A stretch of 64,000 nucleotides of DNA, from NCBI RefSeq assembly GCF_047719395.1, contig NZ_JBDNTB010000005.1, positions 1,431-65,430 on the forward strand, in the 5' to 3' direction. Within the stretch, counting starts at the first letter, position 1. Every line of letters starts with the position of its first letter. The DNA comes from Propionibacterium sp. GTDB taxonomy: Bacteria > Actinomycetota > Actinomycetes > Propionibacteriales > Propionibacteriaceae. The notes under the pieces are model-generated. The model was not told where the DNA came from and did not search any database. It worked only from the letters and a program-made list of their open reading frames with translations. Shown one piece after another: positions 44,902 through 55,501 of the stretch. The translations under genes and the position numbers were made by a program.

Positions 44902-45293
44902 TCCTCCATGGGATGCGGGTGATCGGTTGCGGTTGCGAGTTTTTGGTACAGGTCGATGAACACCCGGGCGTTCTCAATGGCCATGTTCGCCATCGTGAGG
45001 TGGTCCTGGGCATGAACCAGGAGGATGTCGACGGGCAGTTGAACTCCGCGAGCCTGCACTGTGAGCCCCTCGGTCTGGATGTCGTGGCTGTCCGAGAAAT
45101 CCTTCTCGGCATGTTCCAGCAGTGAGGCTGCCTCGGGGAAATCCCCAGCTCGTGCGGCCTTGATCGACTGCATGGCGAAGCTGTGCGCCTCACCGGCCAG
45201 TGCAATGATGCGAAAAGAGAAGGTCGTGAAATCCTCTGAAGGTGTGTTTTCTGCTGCCGCAGCAGAATCGGCAGATGACACGCCCTCGTCCAT
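44898..45293 (-). CDS. PTS lactose/cellobiose-family EIIA component
   Basis: LLVHAQDHL phospho-His context. Start set at ATG 45293 (MDEGVSS). Overlaps the EIIB start by 4 nt. Confidence 0.8.
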   Translation of the reverse strand: MDEGVSSADSAAAAENTPSEDFTTFSFRIIALAGEAHSFAMQSIKAARAGDFPEAASLLEHAEKDFSDSHDIQTEGLTVQARGVQLPVDILLVHAQDHLTMANMAIENARVFIDLYQKLATATDHPHPMEE

Positions 45294-45605
45294 GCCCCCG
45301 ACTTTACTGGATGGAGTCTGGCGTAGCAGGACCGGGCAGGCGACGGGACGCGGTTCTCGTGGGCAAGCGTGCCCAGCCGGGATGGCTGAACGCTGACGAC
45401 CCACGAAGAGCTTGCGAGAGTGCCCCGCAACCGCCTGCGGATCTGATGATTGCCAGCCTCATCGCGGACCACTCCGCATCCACGGGCCGCCGTCGATTCC
45501 CCCTCGCTGGAGGAAAGTCGGATGGCTGCCGCGCTGTACCCTGATGTGGGTTTGACGTGCCCGGCCACACCGATTCAACTCGCGCCGATCCAGCAAGGAG
45601 CGCAG

Positions 45606-45767
45606 ATGTCCCTCAGGTTCAATGCCCCGCGACGGGGTGCAGGCGCCAACCGCGCGCAGGGAAGTCGTGGCGGCCGGGGTGAGGGACTGGCTGCACTGGC
45701 AATTCTTGCGGTGGTCAGCGTGTTTTCCGCAGCGGTCGCTGGCGCGCGTCGCAGCCGTCGCAGCTGA
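45606..45767 (+). CDS. Possible small membrane protein (53 aa)
   Basis: AAGGAG lies 5 nt upstream of the ATG. MSLRFNAPRRGAGANRAQGSRGGRGEGLAALAILAVVSVFSAAVAGARRSRRS has an Arg-rich N-terminus, one hydrophobic helix and an Arg-rich tail. Third-position G+C is lower than in neighbouring genes, so the call is uncertain. Confidence 0.3.
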   Translation: MSLRFNAPRRGAGANRAQGSRGGRGEGLAALAILAVVSVFSAAVAGARRSRRS

Positions 45768-45816
45768 GCCGAGTTGTCCGCATGCTGCGCCCCTTGACCT
45801 CCTCGACTGCGCAGTC

Positions 45817-46902
45817 TCAGCTATCCGCTTCGCCCGGCTGGGCCGGATAGACATCCCAGCTGTGCTGTGGGATGTGGATCCACACCGAGCTGCCGGGCCG
45901 GGGCGCATTCTCCGGAGCAGCGGCGATGTCGGAGATCAAACCGGTCTCGTCGCCATCGCCGGAGCCATCCCGATGAGGAGCAAGGCTGACGCGCGCACCA
46001 TGACGCTGCCTGACCAGGTGGGTCACGGTGGCTGGCGCCGCCTCCTCGGCAGCTGAATCGAGCACCTGCACGTCCTCGGGTTGGCAGCAGCCCAGCACCG
46101 GCCCATCGGGCACACCCGGCGCGCGAAGCCTGAATGGTCCGAGCTGTGCCTGGCCGTCGCGAACCTGCCCGGCCACCAGGTTGAGGCTCAGCAGACGCGC
46201 GATGAAAGGCGACCGGGGACGCCGGATCACCTCTGCCATCGGCCCACGGTCGACCGCCCTCCCGCCGGAGAGCACCAGCAGCTCGTCGGCGAGCGCCAGC
46301 GCGTCGTTCGGATCGTGGGTGACGACCACCGCCTGCCCGCTGAAGGCATCGAGGATGTCACTCAGGTCGGTGCGCAGTTCCAGCCTGCCCTGGGCGTCCA
46401 GTGCGGCGAAGGGCTCATCGAGCAGCAGCACCGTGGGCTGCGGCGCCAGAGCTCTGGCCAGCGCTACCCGCTGGGCCTGGCCACCGGACAGCGCATCGGG
46501 CCTGGCCTGCGCACGGGAGGCCACGCCCACCCGCTCCAGCCAGTCCCGCGCGACGGCCTCGGCCTCGCGCTTGGCCATCCTGCGGGCGCGCAGTCCGAAG
46601 GCCACGTTCTCCAGTGCCGACATGGTGGGGAACAGCCGATAGTCCTGGAAGAGCACGCCCACGGAACGGTGCGCAGGTGTGGTGAAATCCCGTGTGGCAG
46701 CGTTGTCCCAGGTGACCTCATCAACGGTGATGGTGCCCTCGTCGATGTGGCGAAGGCCCGCCAGGCAGCGCAGCAGGGTGCTCTTGCCGGCGCCATTGGG
46801 GCCCACCACGGCCAACACCCGGCTGGCCTCCAGAGTGACCAGGAGATCGAGGGTGAAAGTGCCCTGGCGAGCCACGATGTCGGCCCTGAGATCCCCGCTC
46901 AC
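45817..46902 (-). CDS. modC: Molybdate ABC transporter ATP-binding protein with a C-terminal TOBE-like domain
   Basis: Walker A GPNGAGKST, LSGGQAQR, LLLDEPF. Operon with modB and modA. Confidence 0.85.
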   Translation of the reverse strand: MSGDLRADIVARQGTFTLDLLVTLEASRVLAVVGPNGAGKSTLLRCLAGLRHIDEGTITVDEVTWDNAATRDFTTPAHRSVGVLFQDYRLFPTMSALENVAFGLRARRMAKREAEAVARDWLERVGVASRAQARPDALSGGQAQRVALARALAPQPTVLLLDEPFAALDAQGRLELRTDLSDILDAFSGQAVVVTHDPNDALALADELLVLSGGRAVDRGPMAEVIRRPRSPFIARLLSLNLVAGQVRDGQAQLGPFRLRAPGVPDGPVLGCCQPEDVQVLDSAAEEAAPATVTHLVRQRHGARVSLAPHRDGSGDGDETGLISDIAAAPENAPRPGSSVWIHIPQHSWDVYPAQPGEADS

Positions 46903-47804
46903 GCGGGTGCCGCCTGGTGTTTGCGCAGCACGATGAGCACCAGCAGCGAGATGACGAACAGCATCAGGCTGAGCACCACGGCATCCCCGGGCGTGGTCTG
47001 AAGGGCCAGGAAGATCGCCAGTGGCGTGGTCTGGGTGGTGCCGGGAAGGTTCCCGGCGAAGGTGATGGTGGCCCCCAACTCACCGAGTGCGCGCGCCCAG
47101 GTGAGGGTTGCACCGGCAGCCAGCGAGGGCCCGAGCATCGGCAGCGTGACGCGGCGCAGGATGAGCCATCGGCTCGCCCCCAATGTCTGGGCTGCCTCCT
47201 CGTAGGTCATGCCCACGTGACTGAGGCCGGCCTCGGCGGTGAGCACGAAGAAGGGCATCGCCACGAAGGAGCAGGCCACGATGACACCCATCGTCGTATA
47301 GGGCAGCGAAATACCGAGCAGACGATAACCCCATGAGCCGATGAGGCCGCCGCGCCCATAGGCATAGAGCAGGGCGACGCCGCCGACCACCGGCGGCAGA
47401 ATCATCGGCAGCATGACGAAGGCCCGCAGCACCTTGACCCCGGGGAACTCGCCCCTGGCGAGCAACCAGGCGAGCGGCAGGCCCAGAATCACGACGAGGA
47501 TGGTGGCTCCGGTGGGGCAGATCAGTGAGAGCAGCAGAGCGCTGCGCACGGTGGGTTTGGAGAGTTGTGCAGGCACCTGTGACCAGTGCACATTGGCCAG
47601 CAGGCCGATCAGCGGGAAGACCAGGAAGGCGACGGCAATGCTGCCCAGCAGCACCGACCACAGCGGAAGGGATTGTCCTTTCGCTGCAGCCGGTGAGTGC
47701 CTGGCGCGGTGCGGACCCCGGCGCGCAGCGCCATCCTGTGCACCGCCCGCAGCAGCACCTTGGGCATCGCCTGCAGCGTCGCGCCGTCCACCGCGTTCGG
47801 TCAT
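46899..47804 (-). CDS. modB: Molybdate ABC transporter permease
   Basis: Permease with the EAA-loop EEAAQTLGASRWLILRRVTLP. Overlaps the modC start by 4 nt. Gly/Ala/Arg-rich N-terminal extension. Confidence 0.85.
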   Translation of the reverse strand: MTERGGRRDAAGDAQGAAAGGAQDGAARRGPHRARHSPAAAKGQSLPLWSVLLGSIAVAFLVFPLIGLLANVHWSQVPAQLSKPTVRSALLLSLICPTGATILVVILGLPLAWLLARGEFPGVKVLRAFVMLPMILPPVVGGVALLYAYGRGGLIGSWGYRLLGISLPYTTMGVIVACSFVAMPFFVLTAEAGLSHVGMTYEEAAQTLGASRWLILRRVTLPMLGPSLAAGATLTWARALGELGATITFAGNLPGTTQTTPLAIFLALQTTPGDAVVLSLMLFVISLLVLIVLRKHQAAPA

Positions 47805-47807
47805 GGA

Positions 47808-48644
47808 TCAGGGAGCGAGGAATTGCATGCCCTGAAGGACCTGCTGCCCGGCCGCGCTGTTCAGGAAGTTGACATAGGCCTGCGCAGCTTTCGGATTGTT
47901 CGACTTGGCGAGCGTCGCGGCCTCGTACAGCACCGGAACCTGCTGATCGTCAGGAATCGGGATCCCCTCGACCTGGTCGTTGCCCTGCACGTCGGTCTCG
48001 AAGGCGAGTCCCGCATCGGCATTGCCGGTGGCGACCTTCTGCACGACGGCCGGCGGGCCCTGCTCACGTGAGACGGGGTTGACCGTGACGTTGTCCTTCT
48101 TGAGCAGCTGGTCGGTCATCATGCCGCCAGGGGTGGAGGTGTCGGCGAGCACCGTGGTGACATTCGGCAGGTCCGACACCGCAGTGATGTGTTTGGGGTT
48201 GCCCTTGGGCACCACGATCACGAAGCGGTTGCGAGCGAAGATCACCGGACTGCTGGACAGCAGGCTGGACGACTGCGCCTGGACCATCGAGTCGGCCCCG
48301 ATGGTGATGAAGACATCCCCAGGTGAACCCTGTTGCAGAGCGATGACCTGCGCCGGTGAATGGCCCAGATTGGGCGTCACCGTGGCATCCGGGTTGGAAG
48401 AAGTGAAGGACCCGTTGAGCGCCGGAACGGCGTTGGCGAGGGTGCCTGGCGCCAGGACGGTGATCGAACCCGTGGCGGGTGGAGTCGATGCGCTCGGGGT
48501 GGGAGTTCTCGACGAAGTCTCCGTGGCAGAACCCGTGGGGGTGCTCGAGCTCTGTGATGTCGACGGCGCGCAGGCTCCCAAAAGCAGCAGGAGCACAGAG
48601 GCGGTTGCGGCAAGGCATCGACGAACTGTGGTGGATTGCTTCAT
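47808..48644 (-). CDS. modA: Molybdate ABC transporter substrate-binding lipoprotein
   Basis: Lipobox LLLLLGAC after MKQSTTVRRCLAATASV. Start set at ATG 48644. Confidence 0.8.
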   Translation of the reverse strand: MKQSTTVRRCLAATASVLLLLLGACAPSTSQSSSTPTGSATETSSRTPTPSASTPPATGSITVLAPGTLANAVPALNGSFTSSNPDATVTPNLGHSPAQVIALQQGSPGDVFITIGADSMVQAQSSSLLSSSPVIFARNRFVIVVPKGNPKHITAVSDLPNVTTVLADTSTPGGMMTDQLLKKDNVTVNPVSREQGPPAVVQKVATGNADAGLAFETDVQGNDQVEGIPIPDDQQVPVLYEAATLAKSNNPKAAQAYVNFLNSAAGQQVLQGMQFLAP

Positions 48645-48830
48645 GCCCGGGATGCTAGCGGCAATTGAGAGATTCGTGGGTCGCTCATTCGGATTCATCA
48701 CGCAATTCCTCGCGAATTCTCGGTTGACTGGTGACAAGTGTTCCGCAGGCGCGTTTCACCTCTGCTATCGGGCGAATGGGAATAACCGCATGGCCTTTCT
48801 GCGCGGCTCCGGGTGCGGTTCACTGGGTGT

Positions 48831-49685
48831 ATGAGTGCCGCGACATCGAAGAAGAATCACTGGCGCGCCGGGTTTTTCGTGTCCCACACACTGGAGCAGC
48901 TGCTGGATGCGATTGACGAGAGGACAGCGGAGTTCCGCGAGGACCAGGGCGTTGATCCCGTGCACGATCTGCGCGTCTCCGTGCGGCGGCTGCGCGCCCT
49001 GCTGTCCTTCCTCAATCCCCTGGTCAGGAGCAAAGTCGAGCAGGCCCGTGGCGACATCCGGGTACAGGCGCTGCCGCTGGGCCGACTGCGGGATGTGGAC
49101 GTCTTCCTGGAGCACATGGCCGAGGGCAAGGCGCCTGTCCGGGTCAGGGACGCGGCCGAACTGCGCCGATTGCTGGTGGAACGCAGACAAGAATTGGCCC
49201 AGGATGTGCTCGGGCAGTTACCCACCCGGGAGTGGACGCAGCCTTTCGACACGATACGTAAGGCGGTACGCAAGCAGTCCTGGCGGGGGCCGGAGCATCG
49301 TCGGGCACAGAAATTCTGTGTCGATCGACTGGATGACTGGTGGAAGAGCTGGCTGAAGAATTCGCGCGACGTGGAATCATTGTCCTTCCATGCCCTGCAC
49401 CAGGTGAGGATTCGCGCGAAGAAACTGCGTTACGCCTGCGAGGTGAGCGCGGAATTGTTCTGGCCCGATTCGCAGTCAGCCGCAGCCATCATCGAAGGGT
49501 TCAAGCAATTCCAGGACGAACTCGGAGCGGTCAATGACATCGCCACCGCTCGCGCCATCGTCGTCGATGAGGGTTTCCAGTTGCCGGAAGGCTTCGAGCA
49601 CCAGGTGGATCTGTCGACGGCGGATGCCCTGCGTGCCGACATGATCGCGGTGGGGCGTTTCTGGCGGGACGAGAAGAGCACCTGA
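48831..49685 (+). CDS. CHAD domain-containing protein (stand-alone)
   Basis: VHDLRVSVRRLRALLSF and HQVRIRAKKLRYACEV helices, typical of CHAD. Confidence 0.75.
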   Translation: MSAATSKKNHWRAGFFVSHTLEQLLDAIDERTAEFREDQGVDPVHDLRVSVRRLRALLSFLNPLVRSKVEQARGDIRVQALPLGRLRDVDVFLEHMAEGKAPVRVRDAAELRRLLVERRQELAQDVLGQLPTREWTQPFDTIRKAVRKQSWRGPEHRRAQKFCVDRLDDWWKSWLKNSRDVESLSFHALHQVRIRAKKLRYACEVSAELFWPDSQSAAAIIEGFKQFQDELGAVNDIATARAIVVDEGFQLPEGFEHQVDLSTADALRADMIAVGRFWRDEKST

Positions 49686-49823
49686 ACCCAGTTGACCAGC
49701 CCGTCGGCCAAGTTGGCTGGCGTCCATCGCCATCAGCCCGAGAACGACCGAGCAGGGCATGGTTCGCCCCTCGCGGTCAGAACCTGTGAATGTCGGCGTG
49801 CCCCTCCAGCATGGGGCCAGGCA

Positions 49824-51245
49824 TCAGGTGAGGGTCTCCTCCAGAGCCTCCGGCGGGGCCGCAGGCAGTTTCATGGTGAACAGGGCACCACCGCCGGGCA
49901 TGTTCCCGGCGCTGATCTGCCCGCCGTGCGCCTGCACGGTGTGGGCGACGATCGAAAGGCCGAGACCGGTGCCAGGGGTGTTGCGGGCCTTGTTGGACCG
50001 GAAGAAGCGGTCGAAGATGTGCGGCAGATCGTCTTCGGCGATGCCCGGGCCCTCATCTGAGACGGTCAGTGTGCCGTCGTCCAGTCTCACGTGCACAGTG
50101 CCGTTCTCGGGGCTGAACTTGACCGCATTGTCCAGCAGATTGGTCACCGCCCGCTCCAGGGTGTCCGGCTCGCCGACCACATAGAAGGGACGCGTGACGA
50201 CGTCGAAGGTCAGGCCGTTGCCGCGTCTCTTCGCCCTTGTCACGGCGGCATTGACCACGTGAGCGAAGTTGAGTGGTTCCAGGCTCGGGGTGACCACGTC
50301 GTCGCGGCTGAGCTGCACGAGGTCACCGACCAGGGAGGTGAACTCACCCAGCTGGGCCGCCACATCGGTGAGGATCTCGGCCCGGGCGCCCTCCGGAAGC
50401 ATGCCCGTCTTCTCGTCGGCTGCCAGCAGCTCGACATTGGTGCGCATCGAGGTGAGTGGGGTGCGCAGCTCATGGCCTGCGTCCGCGATGAGGCGCTGCT
50501 GGCGGTGTCTGCTGGACGCCAGCGAATGCATCATGGTGTCGAAGCTGCGCGACAGATCGCCCAGTTCGTCCTGCCGGGTTGAGCAGATCGGGGCCAGGTC
50601 GTCGGTTTCGGTGACATGCGCGACGGCCAGCGACAGCCGTCTCAACGGATGCATCACTGCGGAGCCGACACGGTGGCCGGCTGCGGCGCCGACAACGATG
50701 AACAGTGCACCGAGGCTGATCATGATGATCTGCAACTGGTGGAGTGTGGACAGCAGCGGCGAGAGCGGGCGGGCCAGCACGAGTGCGTAGTAGCCGTTGT
50801 CCTCGCTCTTGAGGGGCACCGCAACCAGCCGGTACATGGCGCCATTCGGGCCGAGTTCCACGGTGCGGGTCGAGGTTCCGAATTGGAGCCGCGCGATGGC
50901 GATCTCGGGAGCACCGGGCTCGATGTCCAGCTGCGCATTCTGCAGCCTCACGATGGAGCGGTCTGCCTTGACCAGGACGATGTTCACATTCGCAGCCTGC
51001 AGGGCGGACGAGTTGAGGCCGCCCATCCCGGCGATGTCCGAGGCGATGGGGTTGACCATCAGGCCCGCGACGCCGATCAGCTCGTCATCCATCTCCTGGT
51101 ACAGAGAACTCTGCGTGGCGAAATAGGCCGTGACTCCCACCACGAACACTGCAATGGCGACTCCGGCCGCGCTGAGCGAGGCCAGACGTTCCTGGATCGA
51201 GCGACGGTGGCGAAAATCCCACAGCCGGTGCAACAGATCGATCAC
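49824..51245 (-). CDS. Sensor histidine kinase (HAMP + HisKA + HATPase)
   Basis: H-box [15 protein letters not shown] boxes [22 protein letters not shown]. The GTG start overlaps the regulator stop (GTGA). Confidence 0.85.
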   Translation of the reverse strand: MIDLLHRLWDFRHRRSIQERLASLSAAGVAIAVFVVGVTAYFATQSSLYQEMDDELIGVAGLMVNPIASDIAGMGGLNSSALQAANVNIVLVKADRSIVRLQNAQLDIEPGAPEIAIARLQFGTSTRTVELGPNGAMYRLVAVPLKSEDNGYYALVLARPLSPLLSTLHQLQIIMISLGALFIVVGAAAGHRVGSAVMHPLRRLSLAVAHVTETDDLAPICSTRQDELGDLSRSFDTMMHSLASSRHRQQRLIADAGHELRTPLTSMRTNVELLAADEKTGMLPEGARAEILTDVAAQLGEFTSLVGDLVQLSRDDVVTPSLEPLNFAHVVNAAVTRAKRRGNGLTFDVVTRPFYVVGEPDTLERAVTNLLDNAVKFSPENGTVHVRLDDGTLTVSDEGPGIAEDDLPHIFDRFFRSNKARNTPGTGLGLSIVAHTVQAHGGQISAGNMPGGGALFTMKLPAAPPEALEETLT

Positions 51246-51946
51246 GGTGTCGTGTCGCGCAGCACGTAGCCCACACCACGCACGGTGTGGATGAGGCGGG
51301 GTTCGCCGTCCTGCTCGGTCTTGCGCCGCAGGTAGCCGATGTAGACCTCGAGGGAGTTCGCCGTGGTGGGGAAGTCGAAACCCCACACCTCGTTGAGCAG
51401 CCAGCTGCGTTCGAGCACCCGCCGGGGATGGGTCATGAAGGTCTGCAACAGGGCGAATTCGGTGCGGGTGAGGGAGATGTGCCGCTCGCCGCGTGTGACA
51501 TCGCGGGTCTGCGGGTCGAGGCTGAGGTCTGCGAAGACGAGCGCCTCGCTGACCGGTTCCTGGTCGGGGTGGGACCGCCGGGTCAGTGCCCGCAGCCTGG
51601 CCAGCAGCTCGTCCAGACTGAACGGCTTGACGAGGTAGTCGTCTGCTCCGGCGTCGAGCCCATCCACCCGATCACCTACCGCATCGCGCGCCGTGAGGAT
51701 GAGGATTGGCACGTCGTTGCCGGTGGAGCGGAGCATCTTGGTGGTCTCGAGCCCGTCGAGGCGGGGCATCATCACGTCCATGATCACCGCATCCGGGCGT
51801 GCGGTGGACAGCTGGGCGAGCGCCGCGAGGCCATCCTCGGCGGTCTCAACCTCGTAGCCGCTGTACTGCAGGGAGCGCACCAAGGAATCGCGCACCGCCT
51901 GGTCGTCGTCAACCACCAAGATCTGCATGGACATAGCTTGCACCAT
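51242..51946 (-). CDS. OmpR-family response regulator
   Basis: ILVVDDD...[14 protein letters not shown] receiver domain and w[14 protein letters not shown]. The start may instead be ATG 51934 or 51928. Confidence 0.9.
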   Translation of the reverse strand: MVQAMSMQILVVDDDQAVRDSLVRSLQYSGYEVETAEDGLAALAQLSTARPDAVIMDVMMPRLDGLETTKMLRSTGNDVPILILTARDAVGDRVDGLDAGADDYLVKPFSLDELLARLRALTRRSHPDQEPVSEALVFADLSLDPQTRDVTRGERHISLTRTEFALLQTFMTHPRRVLERSWLLNEVWGFDFPTTANSLEVYIGYLRRKTEQDGEPRLIHTVRGVGYVLRDTTP

Positions 51947-52692
51947 CAGGAGGCCGTAGTGGCCTGATCGGGGATGACGGCCATCGAACTGCGTACCCGC
52001 ACCTCGTCACCATCACGGGTCAGCCAGTGCACCGCCCCCGGTCCGAGAATTTCGGTGCTGCCGCTCGTCACGTCGACGGTGAGACCGGTGTCCTCGTCGA
52101 TGGTCACTGCAGAACTGGCATGGCCTGCCAGCAGCGCGGAGATGGCCCGCTCCAGCAGATGCTGGGAATCGGTGTGCACATCGATGGCCGGCCCGACCAG
52201 CCCGAGGCCCTCGCGCACGATGAGTTCTGTGGAGCCGTCCCCTGCCAGCTCCGGTCCGATGGCCCGGCCGTGCCACTGCCAGCCACCGGCGATGGCCTTC
52301 TTCGCCACCACCTGGGCACCGGCACTGAAGCCGAGATAGGCGGTACCACCGCGGATCAACCGGGTGATGGTGTCCTTGTGCGGCATGAGGGCGTCCAAAT
52401 AGCCGGGTGCCCACCCCGCGGCGACCACCAGCCCGGCCAGCTCCTCAGGATTGGCCGGCCACACGATCTGGCCTTCGTCCTCGTCGACGAGCCAGACGGG
52501 TTCGATGAGGACCTCGGGCCAGCGTTGGACGATCGGGTCTGCGTACAAATTCAGGTAGCCGCCCGCCTCTGACTGCGTTCCGAGGATCGCGATGGCGACG
52601 CGGTTGCCGCGCTGCTTCGCAGCGGCCACGAAATGGTCGACCACCGGCCCCGTCGCCTGTGAGGGGCCGCCTCCCACCAGAAAGAGAGTCAT
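51946..52692 (-). CDS. Peptidase S51 / type-1 glutamine-amidotransferase-like protein
   Basis: [11 protein letters not shown]...[10 protein letters not shown] pattern, similar to dipeptidase E/cyanophycinase-like proteins. The stop overlaps the regulator start. Confidence 0.6.
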   Translation of the reverse strand: MTLFLVGGGPSQATGPVVDHFVAAAKQRGNRVAIAILGTQSEAGGYLNLYADPIVQRWPEVLIEPVWLVDEDEGQIVWPANPEELAGLVVAAGWAPGYLDALMPHKDTITRLIRGGTAYLGFSAGAQVVAKKAIAGGWQWHGRAIGPELAGDGSTELIVREGLGLVGPAIDVHTDSQHLLERAISALLAGHASSAVTIDEDTGLTVDVTSGSTEILGPGAVHWLTRDGDEVRVRSSMAVIPDQATTAS

Positions 52693-52773
52693 GGAGCCAG
52701 CCTACCCAGGATGTACTTGCATGGTCGGGGGCTGCGCCCGGCAATGATTCTGCAGCGCGTCCAGGGCCGCCGG

Positions 52774-53247
52774 TCAGGCCAGCTCGCGCACAGCCGCCAC
52801 GATGCCGGGTGCGGCCGCTTCGATCGTTGCGAGGGTGGCCTCGAACTCTGCGCGTCCGCCGTACCAGGGATCAGGCGTGGCAGCGCCCTCGCGTCCGGGG
52901 ATGAAGTCGGTCAGCAGGTGCACCCTGGAGTCGTCCGCGCCCATCGAGAGCAGCCGTGCGGAGTGCATGCCCTCCATGGCGATGAGCAGATCGGCGGACA
53001 GCTCCTCGGAGGTGATCTTGTGCGCCCGGTGATCGCCGATCTCGTAGCCGTGCGCCCTGAGGCACTGCGCGGCGCGAGAGTCGAGCCGGCTGCCCTGCTC
53101 CTCCCTGCTCACCCCGGCCGAGCCGACACTCGCCCCGAGCCCCACGTCAGCGAGCTTCGCCCGCATCACCTGCTCGGCCATCGTGGAGCGGCAGATGTTG
53201 CCCCAGCAGACGAAGACAATCCAGGGCCGCCCGCTCGGTGTGCTCAT
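52774..53247 (-). CDS. Low-molecular-weight protein-tyrosine phosphatase
   Basis: P-loop VCWGNICRS (CX5R-S) and DPWYG. Start set at ATG 53247. The longer track ORF is an artefact. Confidence 0.9.
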   Translation of the reverse strand: MSTPSGRPWIVFVCWGNICRSTMAEQVMRAKLADVGLGASVGSAGVSREEQGSRLDSRAAQCLRAHGYEIGDHRAHKITSEELSADLLIAMEGMHSARLLSMGADDSRVHLLTDFIPGREGAATPDPWYGGRAEFEATLATIEAAAPGIVAAVRELA

Positions 53248-53618
53248 CGGATGCTCGCAGGCAGGAAGCGCCCGAGAACCATCGCGACCACCGAGATGAT
53301 CAGCGAGCCGCCGAAGGCGGAATTCCAGTTGAGCACCTGCCAGCCCACACCCAGCACGCCGCACAGCGAGCTGGTGAGCATGAGCAGCGCCGCGTTGATG
53401 GCCCACAGGAACAGGCCGAAGGTGATCACGATCAGGCAGGATCCGAGCAAGTGCAGAATCGGCTTGACGAAGGAATTGAGAAAGCCGAGCACCAGCGCGA
53501 CGATCACGAGGCTGAGTGCCTGCTTGGCCGGAGGATCCCAGGGCGCAAGGATGATGCCCGATATCAGCCAGGTGGCGATGGCCACTGCAAGGGCATTGAC
53601 GAGGGTTCGTGCGAACAT
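53244..53618 (-). CDS. Small 4-TM membrane protein (phage-holin-4/YvlD-like)
   Basis: [22 protein letters not shown]... with four hydrophobic segments. ATGA overlap with the phosphatase gene. Confidence 0.6.
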   Translation of the reverse strand: MFARTLVNALAVAIATWLISGIILAPWDPPAKQALSLVIVALVLGFLNSFVKPILHLLGSCLIVITFGLFLWAINAALLMLTSSLCGVLGVGWQVLNWNSAFGGSLIISVVAMVLGRFLPASIR

Positions 53619-53689
53619 GCGTCCAGACTGCCAGCTCGGTCCGGCGGAAAGTCGGTAGGCTGTCTGCCTTGTCGTCGATGGAGGATTTG

Positions 53690-54712
53690 ATGTCGTTTGA
53701 TTTGGCCGCACTGCCCGACCTGCAGGGCCGCAGCTTCCTGAAGGAAGCCGACTTCGCGCCCCAGGAATGGGCCGGACTGCTCGACCTCGCGGCCGAGCTC
53801 AAGGCCGCCAAGCGCGCCGGCGCCGAGCAGCAGACCCTGACGGGCCTCAACATCGCCCTGATCTTCGAGAAGACCTCCACCCGTACTCGCTGCGCCTTCG
53901 AGGTGGGCGCCCATGACCAGGGCGCCCATGTCACCTATCTCGACCCCTCCGGTTCCCAACTCGGGCACAAGGAATCCATCGCCGACACCGCACGGGTGCT
54001 CGGGCGGATGTTCGACGGCATCGAATACCGCGGCTTCGGCCAGGAGCGCGTCGAGGAGCTCGCCGCCAATGCCGGCGTCCCGGTGTGGAACGGCCTCACC
54101 GACGAGTGGCACCCCACTCAGATGCTCGCCGACCAGCTCACCATGCGCGAGCACTCCGGCAAGCCGCTACCTGAGCTGTCGATCGCCTATGTGGGTGATG
54201 CCCGTTTCAACGAGGGGAATTCCACCCTGGTGTCCGCAGCGCTGTCCGGGATGGATGTGCGCATCGTCTCGCCGGCATCCTTGCAGTGCGCCGCCGAGGT
54301 GCAGCAGACGGCCCGGAAGATCGCCGAGCAGACCGGCGCCCACATCACCGTCACCGACTCCCTGGATGCAGTGCAGGATGCGGACTACCTCTACACCGAT
54401 GTGTGGGTGTCGATGGGGGAGGACAAGAGCGTCTGGACTGAGCGCATCGACCTGCTGCGCCCCTACCAGGTGAACTCGGAGCTGCTGGCCCGCACCGGAA
54501 ATCCCGATGTCAAGGTGATGCACTGCCTACCCGCCTTCCACGACCTCGGCACATCGGTGGGACGCCAGATCCATGAACTCACCGGCATGACCGCCCTGGA
54601 GATCACCGACGAGGTCTTCGAGGCGAACGCCCAGGTGATCTTCGACGAGGCCGAGAACCGCATGCACACCATCAAGGCGGTCATGGTGGCAACGCTTGGG
54701 CGGCGCGGCTGA
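53690..54712 (+). CDS. Ornithine carbamoyltransferase
   Basis: [13 protein letters not shown] (STRTR), [21 protein letters not shown] lies 4 nt upstream of ATG 53690. Confidence 0.9.
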   Translation: MSFDLAALPDLQGRSFLKEADFAPQEWAGLLDLAAELKAAKRAGAEQQTLTGLNIALIFEKTSTRTRCAFEVGAHDQGAHVTYLDPSGSQLGHKESIADTARVLGRMFDGIEYRGFGQERVEELAANAGVPVWNGLTDEWHPTQMLADQLTMREHSGKPLPELSIAYVGDARFNEGNSTLVSAALSGMDVRIVSPASLQCAAEVQQTARKIAEQTGAHITVTDSLDAVQDADYLYTDVWVSMGEDKSVWTERIDLLRPYQVNSELLARTGNPDVKVMHCLPAFHDLGTSVGRQIHELTGMTALEITDEVFEANAQVIFDEAENRMHTIKAVMVATLGRRG

Positions 54713-54716
54713 GACC

Positions 54717-55322
54717 ATGGGCTTCACCAGACAGGAGCTGGAGCAGTACCGAGGTGCCACTCTGCCCGACCTGCTGCCGCAGCACCTGGGTCTGCTGTTC
54801 GTCGGGATCAACCCGAGTCTGTGGTCGGCAGCGGCCGGGGCGCACTTCGCACGTCCCGGGAACCGCTTCTACCCGGCGCTCGCCCAGGCCGGTATCGTCT
54901 CCCATGTCATCGACGCCTCCACGGGCTGGCCGGCGGACGCTGCGGCAGAGTTCGAGGCACAGGGTCTGGGCATCAGCAATTTCGTGCACCGGGCCACGGC
55001 CCGCGCCGACGAACTGGGCCGAGACGAGGTCAGGGCCGGTGCTCGGGATCTCACCCGGCTGATCGCCCACCGAAAGCCCGCAGTGGTGGCCGTGCTCGGG
55101 GTGGGCGCCTACCGGCTCGGTTTCGCCAGGCCCAGGGCTGCAGTGGGGGAGCAGCCCGAGCAGGTCGGCTGGGATGAGGCGAGTGGTTCCAGCCGGGTGT
55201 TCGTGCTCCCCAATCCGAGCGGCCTGAACGCCCACGAGACGGTGGCCAGCCTGGCGGCTGCGTACGTCCTCGCCGCGCAGGCCGCGGGAGTGCTGTCTTG
55301 CTCAGCTGGGACGGCTGACTGA
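54717..55322 (+). CDS. mug: Mismatch-specific (G:T/U) uracil-DNA glycosylase, Mug family
   Basis: FVGINPS...PGNRFYPAL and VLPNPSGLNAH motifs. Confidence 0.8.
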   Translation: MGFTRQELEQYRGATLPDLLPQHLGLLFVGINPSLWSAAAGAHFARPGNRFYPALAQAGIVSHVIDASTGWPADAAAEFEAQGLGISNFVHRATARADELGRDEVRAGARDLTRLIAHRKPAVVAVLGVGAYRLGFARPRAAVGEQPEQVGWDEASGSSRVFVLPNPSGLNAHETVASLAAAYVLAAQAAGVLSCSAGTAD

Positions 55323-55501
55323 GCGGGCTGGGCGCCGGGCCACCCCTGCCCTCACCGGTGACTCGGCAGTGCGGATTCTGCCGGTGCCCCGACAGTGCGT
55401 GTCATGCAAGCGTCCTCTCCTGCTGCGGACCGGCAGCCATAATGGACAACGTCGCCGTTCTTTCAGCGATGTCTTCGACAGCGCACAACTCAGGAGTGGA
55501 C

